DNA of 64,000 nucleotides from Eledone cirrhosa (GCA_964016885.1 OZ024742.1:48050001-48114000), one strand, 5' to 3'. Counted from the stretch's first letter, positions 1 through 16,901 are shown. Notes: a model not told the origin generated them from the sequence alone. Numbers and translations are program-made.

Positions 1-48
<48 letters not shown>
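1..48. repeat. (TA)n microsatellite
   Basis: Pure TA dinucleotide run at the window start. Confidence 0.99.
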
Positions 49-50
<2 letters not shown>

Positions 51-590
51 CAAGGTTTAGCAAATAAGAAAAAGTGTTAAAATACATTTTAAAAAGTTCA
101 CTATAACTGTTATAATTACCCTTAACGCGCAGTTTCAAGTCTCAAAATAAATGGATGACCCATGCGGAAATCTATTGAGAAGACGACTTCCGTCAGAGGG
201 TTCTTCTCACTCGAATAATATAAAATTCCCGAGTTCAAATCACGAACTGGCACCATACATAACTGTTCCCGAATGAGAGTCAGTACATTGACCTTTCCGC
301 CCCTGCCTTCTATCTTTACACGCGGCACTAGACAAGATTGTTTCTTCATCATACACTCTCATCCGGGAACAGTTCTGTATGGCACCGGTTCGTGATTTGA
401 ACTCGTGAATTTTATATGCTCCGAGGGAGATGAACCCTCTGACGAAAGTCTTCTTCTCAATGGATTTCCGCATGGATTATCCATATAATTTGAGATTTGA
501 AACCGCACGGTAAGGATAATTATAGCAGGTATAGTGAACTTTAAAAAAAATATTTAAAAACTTTTTCTTATTTGCTAAACCTTGATTATA
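47..590. mobile_element. Non-coding fold-back element carrying a hammerhead in each arm
   Basis: 47-281 is the imperfect reverse complement of ~355-590, with a ~70 bp spacer. Flanked by TA tracts. HHR motif at 119-200 (-) and 435-516 (+). Confidence 0.8.
435..516 (+). ncRNA. Type I minimal hammerhead ribozyme (PLE-type)
   Basis: ccct-CTGACGA-aagtc...gattt-GAAA-CCGCACGG-TA-agga. The opposite arm gives perfect stem I ccct/aggg and stem II aagtc/gactt. Consensus stem III is the palindrome ACCGCGCGGT; GUA cleavage triplet. Confidence 0.75.
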
Positions 591-671
591 TACGTTCTGG
601 CTCCTTAATCTATTAACCTGCCAAAGAACGACATTGGCATACGGTTGGATAATACATGTGTTCCTATATGC

Positions 672-2033
<1,362 letters not shown>

Positions 2034-3243
2034 GGTGTGTTTGTGTGTATCTTTATTCGTGTAAGCGGTCTAATAAGAACTAGAGAACGATCAGGAATAT
2101 ATGACAAGAAGGCCCTTTTTAAAGTCAAACTGACCTCAGATGCTCCCGTGAAAAGTGGACGGCCACAATGCCTTATAAGGGCCATATATAATACGAAAAA
2201 TATATCAAAATCTTTCTGTAATCACGGACCATGGGAATTCAATATCTCCTGGTCGAATTCAACACGGGCCTGGGTATTGCCATGGACACAGCTGCATCGT
2301 TGGGTGCACACTTCATCAAAATCCAAACTAACTGGTTGGACTTTGATGATTTCAGTTCAACTGACCGGAAAACCATGCTGGTACTCTCAATGGTATATGT
2401 CGTCAGCCGTCTGTACTATTACTATCAACTGAGATCACCTCACAATGTCAATCTAAGACGATTACTTCAGTGAAGGAGATTAGATACTAGATGAGATAAT
2501 AGATGAGACTGAAAGAACTAAAATTATACCCCATGGAACAAAGACGAGAGCGAGAGATATAATGATATTCATCTGAAAGGATTAGTAGCAAACTTTGGAA
2601 CCGAGAGGTGGAACAACCCTATAACATATTTTGTATAGGTTAAATGGAGTTAATGTATGTAAGTATGTATTTATGTCACTCTCAGTGGTTTAACCGCGCG
2701 ATTGGAGGTCCAGCCCAACTATTTCTATGTCCCCACGCATATACATACACATGCACCCATACACATATACATATACACACATGTACATATGTATATACAT
2801 ATTTACACACTTTTGGATGGCCGTTGAATCTTATGATTTCTTCCGCCCTTTGTCAGGTTTTGCTTTTTGTCCTGCAGGGTGTCCCAAATCACCCTCCTCA
2901 CCAAGTAAACTTGGCGGGGTTGCCGGTTTAGTCGCCGATGACCCGACCTGCGGCTCAGTAGTTACCGATGATGTTGATCTGTTATAGTCTTTTCGAGTTA
3001 TAGCTACTGTCGCTCAGAGAGTGGGTTTGGCTCAGTGTACAGTCTTTCCTCACTTTAAAAAATATCTTCACGCACAGGCATTGCACGATAGAATTAATTA
3101 ATAATTATTAATAATGGTATATCGTGCAATGGTCATACTCGATAACGTGGGGGCAGCCATCATCATGTATGTATGTATGTATGTATGTATGTATGTATGT
3201 ATGTATGTATGTATGTATGTATGTATGTGCATATGTATATGTA

Positions 3244-3282
<39 letters not shown>

Positions 3283-3292
<10 letters not shown>

Positions 3293-3565
3293 TAAAATAA
3301 CATATTAAAGTTTAAGCAAATAATCACTGCTTTCACCCTTAGCGGGATCTTCTGAAACATTTTTGAAATATTTACTTCTGCGTTCACAGATTGACTTTTT
3401 TTAGTTTCAGAAGATCTCGTTAAGGGTGAAAACAGCGATTCTTTGCTTAAACTTTAATCTGTTATTTTAATAAATATTTGCATTACGGTTCTTATTTATC
3501 TGATATATATATATCCATATCGAGCCCTTTTTGGATTTAGTCTTCAAATTTATTATTATTACTAT
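3283..3565. mobile_element. Short fold-back copy of the Naiad pLTR
   Basis: 3283-3357 is the reverse complement of ~3405-3478. Same sequence family as 1680-1880. (TA)n on both sides. Confidence 0.85.
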
Positions 3566-5180
3566 ATATATATATATATATGCTGCCACATGGCCATCAT
3601 TATTTACTTTGATATCTGTTGTGTTACTACTGTTGTTGTTAATATTGGTATATTGAGTTTACGGGATACAATCAATAATTACTTTTAATCTTCTCATTAG
3701 CTGCCTACTAAAAACTACATTTTGTTTTTTGTTAACCCATATCATGAAGGTACCTGTGAGATGCAGGACACCGTTTGTTTCAGCGAACAAATTCAACAAG
3801 CTTTAGTATTAATACAGACTCTAAACCTGGTGTCTGGCAACAAGTATAAAACTAAACGACAATCTATAGTAAATTCTAACAAAATAAATCTCTTCTAACA
3901 TCTATCTAAACGAATAAAAAGAACATGTAATGTACCTTAATCTATGCATCTGAAAACACATGCTTATATGTTTGGCTACATCATTTAACAGTAATCACAA
4001 GAAAACAAACCATCACTGGTATAAAAAATATAATTGCAAATCGTTTACTCGGTGTTTGTAATTTATGATTTTTAACATTAATTGTATGAATCCTAAGAGA
4101 TTTTTTTCTATTTCGGTTAATTAAAATAAATGTGCATTTCTGCTAATAATTAGCCTTATCTTAAACATTTCCCGTTCCGTTATGACGACTGAAGTGATAT
4201 TTCTTCTTTCTGTTTTTGTTTATTTTTATCGTATTGCAATTTTATAAATATATTTGTGTGTTTATGTAATTCTTTATTGTTTCATATAAAAGGAAATCAA
4301 TGCTTGACTATTTCTTTCATCATTCAATTTCAAAATGTTTGATTAGTTTCTTGCATTTAGCCTTATCACTGAGTTTGTCATTTTTTAAATTCCAGTTTTC
4401 TTTTTTTTTTTCTTTTGTATAATTGTCTAATTATCTTTGATGGTTTATATCTCTTTCAATTTACATTATTCTCTTTTTTTACGCAATGCTATTATTTAAT
4501 TATTATCTAATTTGATAAGCATCTCAAACTTCTATTATGTTGTCTAGTTTTACCGAGCTCTACTAAAGGGAACAGCAGCAGTAATAATATAACTGGAAAT
4601 GTTTGAGCCAAAGCCTCAGTTGGGGGAGGGTGGGGATATAATTTATTGTTAAAGTAGATGTCGGTGATGGCAATAGTAGTTGTACTACAAATTAACGTAC
4701 AAAACATTGATTTTAGTGTTGCTGGTTAGGACAAGGTCATTCTTGCCAGAACAGACTTGAGATGAAAAGCGTTATAATCTGGACCATCCTGCTGTAGTTT
4801 AAAGGGAAATATGGCTGCTATCTCTACCACATCGAACTACTATAAAAAAGCGAGGAGTGAAATGGAAAGTATGATGTAATATTCCTAGCTAAGGTTTTAG
4901 TGCGATTGTGTAAGTAGTGGTATTGCTGATAATTTTAGTAACTGTGCTAATAACGTCTGCGTTCAGTCACATCGACATTACTTAGGTTAGTCTTGATCAT
5001 GCTTGAGATAACATCTTTTTTCCGTTTTGTTGCTATAGACGCCGTTGTTGATATTGTTACTGATAATGAAACACTGACAGTAGTATTGGTAGTGTTACAT
5101 GACGTGAAGTTGTAGGTGGTGGTTGGTTTGAAAAGATTTGGAAATATAATTGTAATTATCAGCTTGTATTGGAGATTCTG

Positions 5181-5237
<57 letters not shown>

Positions 5238-6205
5238 ACACGCTCGCAAACACACTCAAATGTGAATCGAAGTTGTTTACCATTCGCCAATTGATCTAGA
5301 GATATTTTTGATTATAAAACGGAAACACAGTGATTCACTCATATTTTAATTCGTTCCACAAACAGAAAATAAAATTTGAAACCAAAAAAAAATCAAATAT
5401 AAACACTCTCATAACAGTAAACCGTCCAACAGTTAAACAAAATATGAATTTACAAAGAAAAGACATCGATGAAAATACTGACATTTATACAAACAAAGAA
5501 ACAAATATGCATTAAAATGATAAACGAGCACATCAATAGTGAAACATGAATGAATAGAATAAGTTGCAAGGCGATGTTATTAAGATCATATCTAATTTAA
5601 TATTTCTGTGGAAAAAATTGATTTACAGCTATTCAGTAAATGGAATTGGAGATTTTTCTGTAATTTCCTATATCCATGCTAATCGTCAAACAATTGATAC
5701 TAAGTTAATGATATCAACTTTTACAACATTGTTTTCTTTATGAATTGACTGCTATAAATTTGGGGTTGAAATATATATCACTATTTTCTTTACATAATAG
5801 GCCGACCATTTTAAGCATGTAGTTAAGTTTGGATTACAATGAATGTTAAGCTATAATAATTTATGCCTTTAGTTTGATAGGCAAACAGATTTACCAACGC
5901 AATCACACTTCCCAAATAATAGTTTGTGTTATATACATTGTTATTACACACATCGTCATATAACTGAGGTAATCGAACACAACGTACAGGACCAAACACG
6001 TGCGACAATTCATATTTAGCACCAATGAAAAGGAAACTCTCTTTGAAATTGTCTGAGACATGATAGATTTTAACAAATGCATTTTTTCTGCTCAATATTC
6101 TTTTCTAATGTTTCCCCATTCCTTCATCTTATCACTGTTTACTTTCTATATATCTTCCATGTAATGTGACATTCTTTTATTATTCTTTTAATTTCTGTTT
6201 ATATG

Positions 6206-6398
<193 letters not shown>

Positions 6399-6855
6399 TG
6401 TTATACTTGGGGAGGGTCATATTGGTGTAATAATATTGCCAGATTTAATAACAGAACACACTCACTGTTTGGTTGGTTTTCGCTTCTGTGTCTTTTATAT
6501 CGGTTAATTTAATTTATTCGGTCCTCAATGTTGCCATTGACTGACCAACGGTCAAAAATACAGATACAATATAGACACAAGCACATATATATAGTCTATC
6601 AAAGTTCTTTCGTTACACATCTGCAACATCGTCAGTGTTGCTATTATGTTTCCCCCCGTTGCATTGTATGCTTACGCCATCTTTATTTAGACTATTTATT
6701 TTTTGTTTGTCTTCTCTGCGCATGCGTTTGCGTGTGTGTATAGTGTTTGGTTTGGTGTGTGTTCTTGTTTTGGTGAGTGTGTATTGGTTAATGTATTCTA
6801 TCTTAGTTTACTTCTGTGTGTTTACATGTGATAGTTGTTATTATGCTCGTGTATG

Positions 6856-6897
<42 letters not shown>

Positions 6898-8629
6898 ATA
6901 CGATCCCTCCTCATATCAGGTTGCAGCAAAAATATACATATATATTTATATATATACTATACGATACCTTCTGATAAAAGGTAGCAATAATAAATATATA
7001 TATATATACGTATATATACGTATCTCCTTGTGTGTGTTTGTAGCGAGGGAAACGGGCTGAAAAAAGGGAGTTGTTTAAAAATATCGGTGGGTATCTGCTG
7101 GTGCTTTTTTTATATCAATAAACAGAAAAACTACATACTCTCATTAATTTGATGGATATACTTTTACATATATATATTTGTTTCTCTATTTCGTTGTTGT
7201 CTAAATATTTTGAAATATTGCGACGTATTTTGAACAGCCTTTACTTTCAAGTATTGAAAGAAGCCACAAGGAAGTGGCAAACTGTCAATAATAAATACGA
7301 CTCTATACGACGGATATATTCTATTTATTGTGTTTCTCTTTTTTCTTTTGAGACAAATTTGTAAACTATTAACATATTGGTTCATAATATAAAATTTGAC
7401 AGATTAATTATGCTTCACTTTAAATCGGTATACAGTCACGCATGTTAATATATGCTTAAATTTAATTAAAAAAATAAGAACATACAAAAGGACAGTCAAT
7501 AACATTGGCCAAAAGCCAGCCTAGTCGTATACGCGTATGTATATGTATATATATATAGAGAGAGAGATAGATATATGCGTACATACCTCTAATCACACAC
7601 ACACATACGGGAGTTCTACACACTGTTATGTTGGTGTTAAGTATTATTTAATAGTTGACGACCTATTCACATTTAATAAGTGTCACTAAGACACTCACTA
7701 ATAAAACAGTAAAGATATTTACATATAACTGACAACTCAATATATTTTACATGACCTTCACACTTATAGCATGCGTTTATGGCGTGTGCCCATTACTTTT
7801 AAAATCTAATAACCTTAAACAAAGATACACATTTATACGGGATATTACATCATTTCACTCTAGAGTTTCACAAAGACAACGCTACAAATTAATAGCCTTA
7901 CGTGATGCGTCAGAAAGCGCATTTCCATTTACTAATTGCTTCCATTGCCTTGCCTAGTCGTCTTTAATATAAGTTGGTTATAATGCCCAAACATTCAAAT
8001 ATATTTTATTTCAATTCTCTAGATTAATTTCCGTTTGAAACAATTTTGATGCGAGATATTTTCTATTAATTGTTTTGAAAATGACAGTGAATCCGTGTTA
8101 TTTATATATGTAATATATGAGAACTTCCCGTATTGGCAGTTTTCCGTCAATGGTCAATCGTTCTCATTATGTACCATTGATAGTAAACGTTGTTAACATT
8201 TGTATTTGGACATCGAAATAACATAAATAGTTGTTCAATCATAGTGAACATGAATAACCGAATAACACAGATCCAGTGTTTCTAATGTGGTTCACGGTAT
8301 CATTTTAGACGCAAAATTTAATGCTTGTATAATATTATATTGAACAAGTTGACAATTATATTTATATTAACGGATTCAAATTTAACTACTATGTAGGAAA
8401 ACAGCCAACTATCTTGACATATCGCGTTTTTAAGTTTTCATAATCAATGTTTAGTGCACTTAAATATGTTTTATGATTTATTCCTCTTAGAGCATATTTA
8501 CCAGAGGATTATTGTTGTTTCTTGCCAAATATATGCAAAAATGGCCAAATGTAGCCAAATACCAAAAATGTTTATGAAGCATGCAATACGGTCGTCAGAA
8601 AAATACTAAAATATATTGCTGCCAAACCA

Positions 8630-9098
8630 ACATATGCCAATCAGTTCTATGTTTCGATTCTAAAAAGAACATTGTTAAATTTTCTACATGTGTTACAGGC
8701 TGCGATGTACATGCCTAGCTATTACTCAACCCATCAATATTTGACAGCAAATTTGAAGGATGTCAAACTGGAAATAATATAAAGATCTAAACCCAAACGC
8801 AACAGTATCTTCTGATGTACACGAGGGGCTTGTGGGAGCGGTGACTAATCTCTCGAAGGATGAGGTCACACGAGCAGTCAATGACCTCAAATTTGGCATT
8901 TCCGCTGGGGAAGATGAAATCCAGTTGGAGATGTTAAAAGCATCAAATAAGTTATTCTCTGGCTGACTCGTGTGTGCCTGGTGACCTGGATATCTGCAAA
9001 GGTATCTAAGCAATGGCAATCAGCAGTGACAATGCTAATTTACTAAAAGGTATACGAGAGAGGGAGAGAGTGAGATAGTGAGAGAGAGAGATAGGGAG

Positions 9099-9168
<70 letters not shown>

Positions 9169-10170
9169 GGAGGGAGAGAGAGAGCGTGTGTATTCCGATT
9201 ACAGAGGGATCTCTTAGTTAAGCTTCCCCGGTAAGTATATGCAAAGAGATGCAGGGAGATTGTCGAGTCCAAACTAGGTGATGATCAGTGTGGTTTTGGC
9301 TGCAGATGCAGCAGAGGCCACCAAATATTCACATTACGGTAGGTCTTCGACAAATCGTAGGTGATGCCAAGAGGTATATCCGTGTTATGTAGACTATCGA
9401 AAAGGCATATGAACACGTTTCCTGGGACCTGCTGTGGAATGTTGTGCAGGAGAATTAGATCTATGGCCCGCTTTTTGCTGCACTGGTTTCTCTATACACC
9501 AAGTATTTATTTTCAGATAAATTGTGCTAAATCGAAACCATTCGATGTGAGAGTCATACACCACCAAGGGTGCGAACTGTCACCTCTCCTGCTCATTATT
9601 TTCATTAGCATGATTGATATGCACAGCCGGGATGTGAGTTGTGAAAAATCAGTCGGCTGGAATTTGCAGATGACATGGTGTTACTTAACACGACAGATGG
9701 TGATCTCCGACTTACGCTTGATAGGTTTGTTGCCGAGTTTAGCATGGTTGGAATGAAAATCATACAGCGAAAACTGAGATACTCATCCTGACGAATAATC
9801 CTGTACAGTGCAATTTACATGAATGGAGTTCAACTGAAATATGTTGCGAGATTCAAATATTTCTTCACCGTGTTCACGAGTGATGGAAGGCAGGAGGCTG
9901 AATTAAGTGCAAGAATTGCTGGAGCTCATGCAGAAATGCACCAGCTTCAGCATTCGGTAATCACAAGGCAGCTAGGTATAAACGCTTGCCTATGGCCATC
10001 AATCTTGGGTAATGCCCGAAAGAAAACGATCACAAAAACAAGCTTGGAGTAACGTTACACGATAGAGTACGCAGCCAGCTCGGAGCTCAGAGAGATCTGC
10101 TACTTCTCCGAATTTAGAGAGCACAGCTCCAATGTTATGTTCATGTGGTTAGAATGTCCCAAAGCACTCG
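8630..10170 (+). mobile_element. Degraded RTE-like LINE RT fragment interrupted by (GA)n
   Basis: Remnants ..YRGISLV..PGKVYAK, QCGF, QIFTLR, HQGCELSPLL, FADD, FKYF.TVFTSDG with many stops and frameshifts. (GA)n at ~9055-9183. Same family as 42850-44100. Confidence 0.75.
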
Positions 10171-10289
10171 TTGATGTGAGAAGTGGATACATTTCTCAAA
10201 CACATAAGGAAAACAAATAAATAATATATGGAACAGGTGTATGTAACCATAGTATATAATTACATCAACGTGCTACTGGTAACATGTAA

Positions 10290-12925
10290 CTCAGTACGAC
10301 CTGTCACATGGTCGGGTCGTCGGTGACTAAACCGGAAACTCCAGCAGGCTTGCTTGGGTAAGGGTGGTGATTGTTGGACTTCCTCTGGGACGAAAAACAA
10401 AACTCGTTTAAAAGGGCGGAAGAACTTATGAGAGTCAACGGCCTTCCAACACCTATTACCTCTCAGATCATGCACTGCTGCGAAGTAGGGTTTCATTCAA
10501 TCTTCCAAAGAAAAGGCGTCTTCAAAAGCCACCTATCTCACCCAACATTGATTTGGGCAAGCTACGATCAGTTGATTGGAAGCTGTAACCTCTGCAAAGC
10601 TTGACTCATCCCTCGACTCTGTCCAGATTTCTGATGATATTGAGGCTTACTGGAAAGCGCTCAAAGATGCCACCTATGCAGCCACTGTGGAGATCTTAGG
10701 ATTTCCTATGAGAAAACATCATGACTGGTTTGATGAATGCAACTCGGATGTCCAGAACCTTTTCAACAGAATGCATAACCTACACAGGTTTTGGATTGGA
10801 GATACAAATTTAACAACAAAATAGATAGCCTATAAAATTGCAAGTTGCAGTTTCAGTCCTCACTTAGAAAGATGAAGGATGCTTGGTGGATGGCTAAAGC
10901 ACCGAACTACACGAAGACACTGATGAAAATGACCCAGGAACCTTTTATAACGGTCTCAAGGTGGTCTATGGTTCGAGGGTGGATAGGTCAAATCCAGTGC
11001 ATTCTTCTGTTGGAACAACCCTATACACGGACAAAGCTGAGATTCTCACTCGCTTGACGGAACACTTTGAGAAGGTCCTTAATGGAGAATTAAAAGTCGA
11101 TGAATATGTAATTTCATCTATTCAACAAAGGTCGGAGCTCCCCTTTATTAGCATTAAACAAACTTGAATGAAATAAAAGCTGCTATCGGGCAGCTATCAT
11201 CCAATAAGCTTCCTGGTAAAGATGGAATGGAATCACATGAAATCTTCAAATAAGGTGGTAAAAAACTGGTTCGTATGCTTCTTCAGCTATTTCTCGAAAT
11301 TTGAAGAGTTGGGAGCGTCCACCGGGACTTCAGATATGCATCGATACTCACCTGTTTCAAAAACAAAGGTAAAAATCTATCTGTGATAACTCTCGCGATA
11401 TCTCCTTTCTCAAGAGAATTACATCCTGACTTGTTGACGATATCTACCGTGAAAATCAATGTGGTTTCTGCTCTGATCCAGGTACTATTGGCATGATGTT
11501 CTCTCTTCGGCAGGTCGCAGAGAAGTTTTGTCAAAGGAACCAAGTGCTGTTTATGGTCTTTTTTGAAATGACTAAAGCCTTTGACACTATCAATCGCAAA
11601 GCTCTTTGGAAAAACCGGAAATAGCTTGGCATACCTGATAATATACTAAATATCATCATGTTTTTCCATGAGGGCATGGAATACTCAGTTATGTCAGATG
11701 TTAAATGCTCTGAACCCTTTGCTGTTACAAATGATACGAAACAGGTTTGTGTCATAGTCCTTTCCTCTTTTCTTTGTTCTTTTCTATAATGCTGCAGCAT
11801 GCCTTTGGCGATTTGGACACTGGTGTCAGATTCGAGTTCAATACATCGGGTGGGTTATTCAACAATCATCGCTTTATGGCTAAAACACTCACACAACAAA
11901 TATCATTCGCGATTTACTGTTTGCTGATGCTGCTGCACTTGTTGCAACATCCCTCAAAAAGACACAGGTGTTGATGAACCGCTTTTCACTTGCCTGTAAG
12001 GCTTTTGGTCTAACAATCAGCATAAAAATGACTGAGGTGGTTCATCAACCAAACCATCGCCAGACATGAAGGAGGCGTTAAACAGATGCAGTCAGATCAA
12101 AGGCATCTTCTTGCACCTATCACTATTGATGGCACAGATCTGAAATATGTGAGCTCCTTTACTTACCCTGGCAGCAAGGTGCAGCATTCTGCATCAGTGG
12201 ATGATGAGTTTGTTAATCGCATTTCCATGGCAACTGATACGTGTGGCAAAGTACATCACCACCTATGGAATGCCAGAAAACAAAAGTTGCAGTTTATCGT
12301 GCAGTGTACTGACAACACTCCTATATGGCTTTTACCGCACTCACATGCATAAGCTTGATTCTTCCTCAAACGCTGTCTTCGCTCCGTCTGTGGATATGCA
12401 CTTTCTGAAAGAGTCTCTAATGCCGAATAGTTCACAAGGTGCAACCTTGGTGGGATTGAGTCATTTCTGATGTAATCCCAACTCAGATGGGCTGGCCATG
12501 TCCTACGGATGTCTGAGGACCACACGCCTATGGTACAGTCAGGTCCAGGATGGTGTGCATAGTGTGGGCAGGAGACTACAGCGATATATGGACAAACCTC
12601 AAGTCTGTCAACCATAAAGTTGACAGTCAAGGGTTTCAAATTCATGACTGCCAACCGTATAATATGGAGAACCATCTGCCACGAAGGTATAAACAAATTT
12701 GAGAAATCACGTTTCGCCCACCTCTGAATAAGAGCTGACACGAGAGTCTGCTCAGGCATTCCAGCCTGCTCTGATCGGGATCCTGTCACCTGCACCAAAT
12801 GCGGATTGATGGGTAAATCAGCAGCTGGATTGAAGTGCCATTTGAGGCATAAACATAATACAATGAACAGAAAAGACTGTTGAACCTACTTACTTCGAAT
12901 CAACGGGAGAGTCCATCATCATCAT
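10290..12925 (+). mobile_element. Degraded RTE (BovB-like) LINE with (CAT)n tail
   Basis: Remnants HHDWFDEC, ENQCGF, KAFDTINR, LLFADAA, FTYPGS, QLRWAGHV.RM. Ends in ...gtccatcatcatcat. Confidence 0.8.
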
Positions 12926-13389
12926 ATAGTTACAACAGTGACATGGATAGGTACTTAAGTTTCGTTGGGTACTGGACCCCGACACATTCAGCCTGCCATT
13001 AGAAAAAATATGACAGGCTGAATGAGTTTGGGTGAAGAACCCAACCAAAATTAAGTACGTGTTTATGGCACTGTTGTAAATAATTATACCAAACTCATGA
13101 TAAGGACTGAATACACCCACCCTCGAATATTTCTATCAAACTTTCACTACAGAATATATATATATATATATAAATGCATGTGCGTACATATAAAATGCGA
13201 AGAGCTACTGAGAAATAAAAAAAAAGTGCATAAGAATATGCGAAAAAAGACTTGCTTGCTGGAATTTAATTATTGCCAAATAAAGCGTCACACATGAGGA
13301 TGAATACACGTTATTAGATAACTGTATAATACATATAGACGTCTTAATCATATAGCTGGCTTCCCTCTATATATCTTCCTCAACCTACA

Positions 13390-15415
13390 GGTTTATATAC
13401 AGAGAAGGCTCATTCACTTGGGCCATTTTCGCCACATTCACCCACCTTTCAATGAATTTACTGGGGTGTAGCAACTCTCTCTCCACTCCCACCTTCCTTC
13501 TGAAGAGATACTTAAAGAATGGGATAAGTTGTTGTCCGGAGAGAAAGGGGTTTGCCCTCAGTCCTTTTCGCCATACCCACCAGACAGAGAAAAACCGCCT
13601 CTCCTTCGTTTTTAAATGAAGGCGGCGGGTTGATCCTCACTATGGACTCGGCCGACAACTGGATGCGTCCTACACGTGACAGTAGCTGCTCGACACAATT
13701 CCACAGGTCGGTCACCCCTGACCACTGAACAATGCGTGCAGAACGGTTTCGATGTCCTGCTCGCATCTTGGACAGGTCCTTTTCGCAGGACCTCTGCCAG
13801 GGCGTCCATGTCTGTAGATTTTGTCTCGAACTGGTAGAGCTCATCGGAGGCACAGATCAGAGACCTCTGGAAGTTATCCACAGGCCCTGGACTTAAAGTC
13901 CTCCCGAACAGACTGGTCAGTTCGTCCTCCTCGATGTTAGAGTTTCCCCGAGAAGGTCGTCGCACTTATCTTCCACTAATCCCCTATTGCCGTTTCCGCT
14001 TGGTAGAAGGCTGTGCGCGCCTGTAGGCACTCGACGGGCCAGACACCCATTTTCAGTCTTCAGCTGACCCAGGACTGCAGCTCTGTTAGTGAGACGAGTT
14101 GTGGAAGTGCTTGTCTCACAAACGACAGCCACACCGGTGCGCCGGTCAGGAACACCTGGAGATGGCGTAGCCTCAGCGCGTGTTGATGCATCATCAGCCA
14201 CGGCATGTCCAGCCCTCCGTTAGAAGGTGTTGACAGCAGATGGATTTCCTCACCAATGGAGCCTGTTTCTTCCAGAGGAACTTGAAGATTAAGCGTTCCA
14301 TTTTGGTAAGGTTTTCGCGGGGGCAAGGCACGACTGTCAACCTGTAGTAGATGACGGACACTATGTAAGTGTTCGCCACCTCCGCTCGAACTTTCGAGGA
14401 GAGTTTGCACTCAGCCCACTTCTGGGTCAGTGCAAACACCTTTGCTGTGACCTCGTTCCAGTTCTTGTCCACCTGGAGGTTTTGACCAAACCAGACCACG
14501 AGCATTTTCACCGGTCTTTCCGTCCAGCATCCAACGACACCTGTCGGAAGGCATGGGTTTGCTTCTCCACGTGCGGAGTTGCGAACCTACCGACTTGTTT
14601 GGGTTTAGTCTTTCTCCTGTCAACATTTCGTATTCCTGTAATAGGTTCCCGATTACCCCAATTTCCGAGGTTTTCCACAACATTACGGTTATGTCACCGG
14701 TATAAGCTCACGCTGCTTTTCGCAGTTCTGGTTCGATCGGGATACCCAGAAACAACTCCAACTTCCACAGTAACGGCTCGAGAGTCAGTACATACAGAGT
14801 GGAGGAGAGACCATCCCTGGCGGATGAACGCTGATTTGGAATCGCTCTGATAGGTAGCCTTTCACCTTGACTGCCGAGCAGATGCTGGTGTGCATGGCAG
14901 CGATCCAGCCTCTGACGACGGGACCGAAGCCGGCCGCCTTGAGAACTGCTTCCAAGTATTGATGGTTGACCCTATCAAATGCTTTAGACTGATCTAAATT
15001 GATCAGAGACCCACCAAAGCCAGGTTTACACCCTACCCTCTCTATGATGTATTGTATGAGGTGGAGGTTGTCGTGTATGGACCTGGTCGGGAATGCACAC
15101 GTTTGGGCTTCCCCTACCAGGTTCTCGACGACAAGCGCCAGGCTTGCTGCTAACAACTTGGCCAAAATCTTTAACTCTGTGTTGAGCAGAGTTATGGGCC
15201 TGAAATTGCTTATATCATCGTCCCTGTTCTCATCTTTCCTGATCAGCGTTACTACGTCTCTGCCTACAGAACTGGGAATCCTCCCGTTCTGTTGCCAGTT
15301 GCAGTAGACCGCTTCAAGGATGCCAGGGAACATTCTGGCATGCCTATGTAAAACTCATAGGGTAGACTATCTAAACCGGGCGATTTGCGTTTCCCGCAGC
15401 AGCCTAGGGCATCTA
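13390..15415 (-). mobile_element. 5'-truncated, frameshifted L1/Tx1-type LINE related to the full-length element at 47341-53367
   Basis: ORF pieces (FRPITLLNTELKILAK, LDQSKAFDRVNH) closely match ORF2 at 47603-51022. Confidence 0.92.
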
Positions 15416-16104
15416 AATAGATAGGTGGATAGATATATAAATATACCTATAAACAGACGCGGAGACATGGAATTGCGTGGGATGCTTGTCGGGCGAAACA
15501 TTAGCGTATAGGGCATGAGAGAACCCACGTTCTTGTTAAGATATAAATTTAGAAGATGGGAATCCCTGATGTAAAAACTACAACATGTTGTCGTAGTGAT
15601 ATTCTATTTGGGTGACATGTAACGTTGTTCAGAGTGCATGGGCTTTCTTCACATAAAAATGCTTCAAGCACAAGCATCACTTGATCCAAGCAACTTTCAG
15701 TTGTGTTCTGTAGGCATTGCCTTTTCCTTTTTTCGTTCACTGTAGTATATTCTGTAAGGAATCTGGTTCCTTGGTGGGTCTAAAGGGTCAGGCTCTTGCC
15801 TCTCATGTATGAGAAAAATGTCAAGTGATGGCTATTCTCGAAATACAATCATTATATATATATATATATATATGTACAGGAGTATATATATATATATATA
15901 TATATATGTAGATAAATCTACCAAGAGTTTACGGTAGTGTCCAATCCGTATGAAGAACTCAATATAGTCCGGATATCATGGAAAGAAGAGATGCAATGAA
16001 AAATCACTTTCGGTGAAAGATAAACGGAATACAGAGTCAAGATAAAATATTTAAAAAATAATGAATAAAACAATGAAACAGTTCCTTATATTAAACAAAA
16101 AAAG

Positions 16105-16259
16105 TTCATTATTTAACGATCATTTCTAGGATATATATGTGTTAGAATTGGCATGCATATTCAACAGATCTATGTACAAAATTATACAAAATTATACAAA
16201 CTATCAAGATTAAATATACATACCAAACACACATATATGCCGTCTTCAGAAATAATGAA
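16105..16259 (-). ncRNA. Hammerhead ribozyme, left-arm copy
   Basis: Mirror of 25061-25215, with one C>T change in stem III (GAAATGATCGTT). Confidence 0.75.
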
Positions 16260-16819
16260 ATATATTTATTGATAATAACAACAATTCAAAATTTCAGGTC
16301 CGTTTGGGAACGGAGTTCAAATTGACCAATGAAAATACAAAAAATTTTATGCAGTTTGGTGTGTGTATATACATGTAATTAACTTCGTACACATATTTAT
16401 ACAAAGATATATGCTCACATGCATACGCATGCCAAAAAGATGTATGCAAATACAAAAATTCAAGGCTAATGTCTCTGTAAGTTTATAATCCACAGATAAA
16501 ATGCGTATAGACACACAAATATGAAATAAATGTATACACATATTCACATACTCACACATATCCGTACACTCACACACACACGCGCGTATATGCATAAACA
16601 TACACATAACTACGAACATACATACACACACACACCCCCACACACATATATATGTGGATATAGTATTATCATAAGCATATGGATATTAATGCACGCACAT
16701 AAACACTGCCACACACATTTAGATCAAGATACAGAAATTAGGTGGGAGGGGGGGAGAGGTCAGTATTCAACGGTTTCGGCAGACTGCTTATTTATAGATG
16801 TATCTATAAACTTAGAAAT

Positions 16820-16850
<31 letters not shown>

Positions 16851-16859
16851 TATATCAAG

Positions 16860-16901
<42 letters not shown>

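Noticed and set aside
2231-2473. Possible Gypsy RNase H remnant (MDTAASLGAH)
   Set aside because: Similarity too weak, and no neighbouring RT or integrase motifs.
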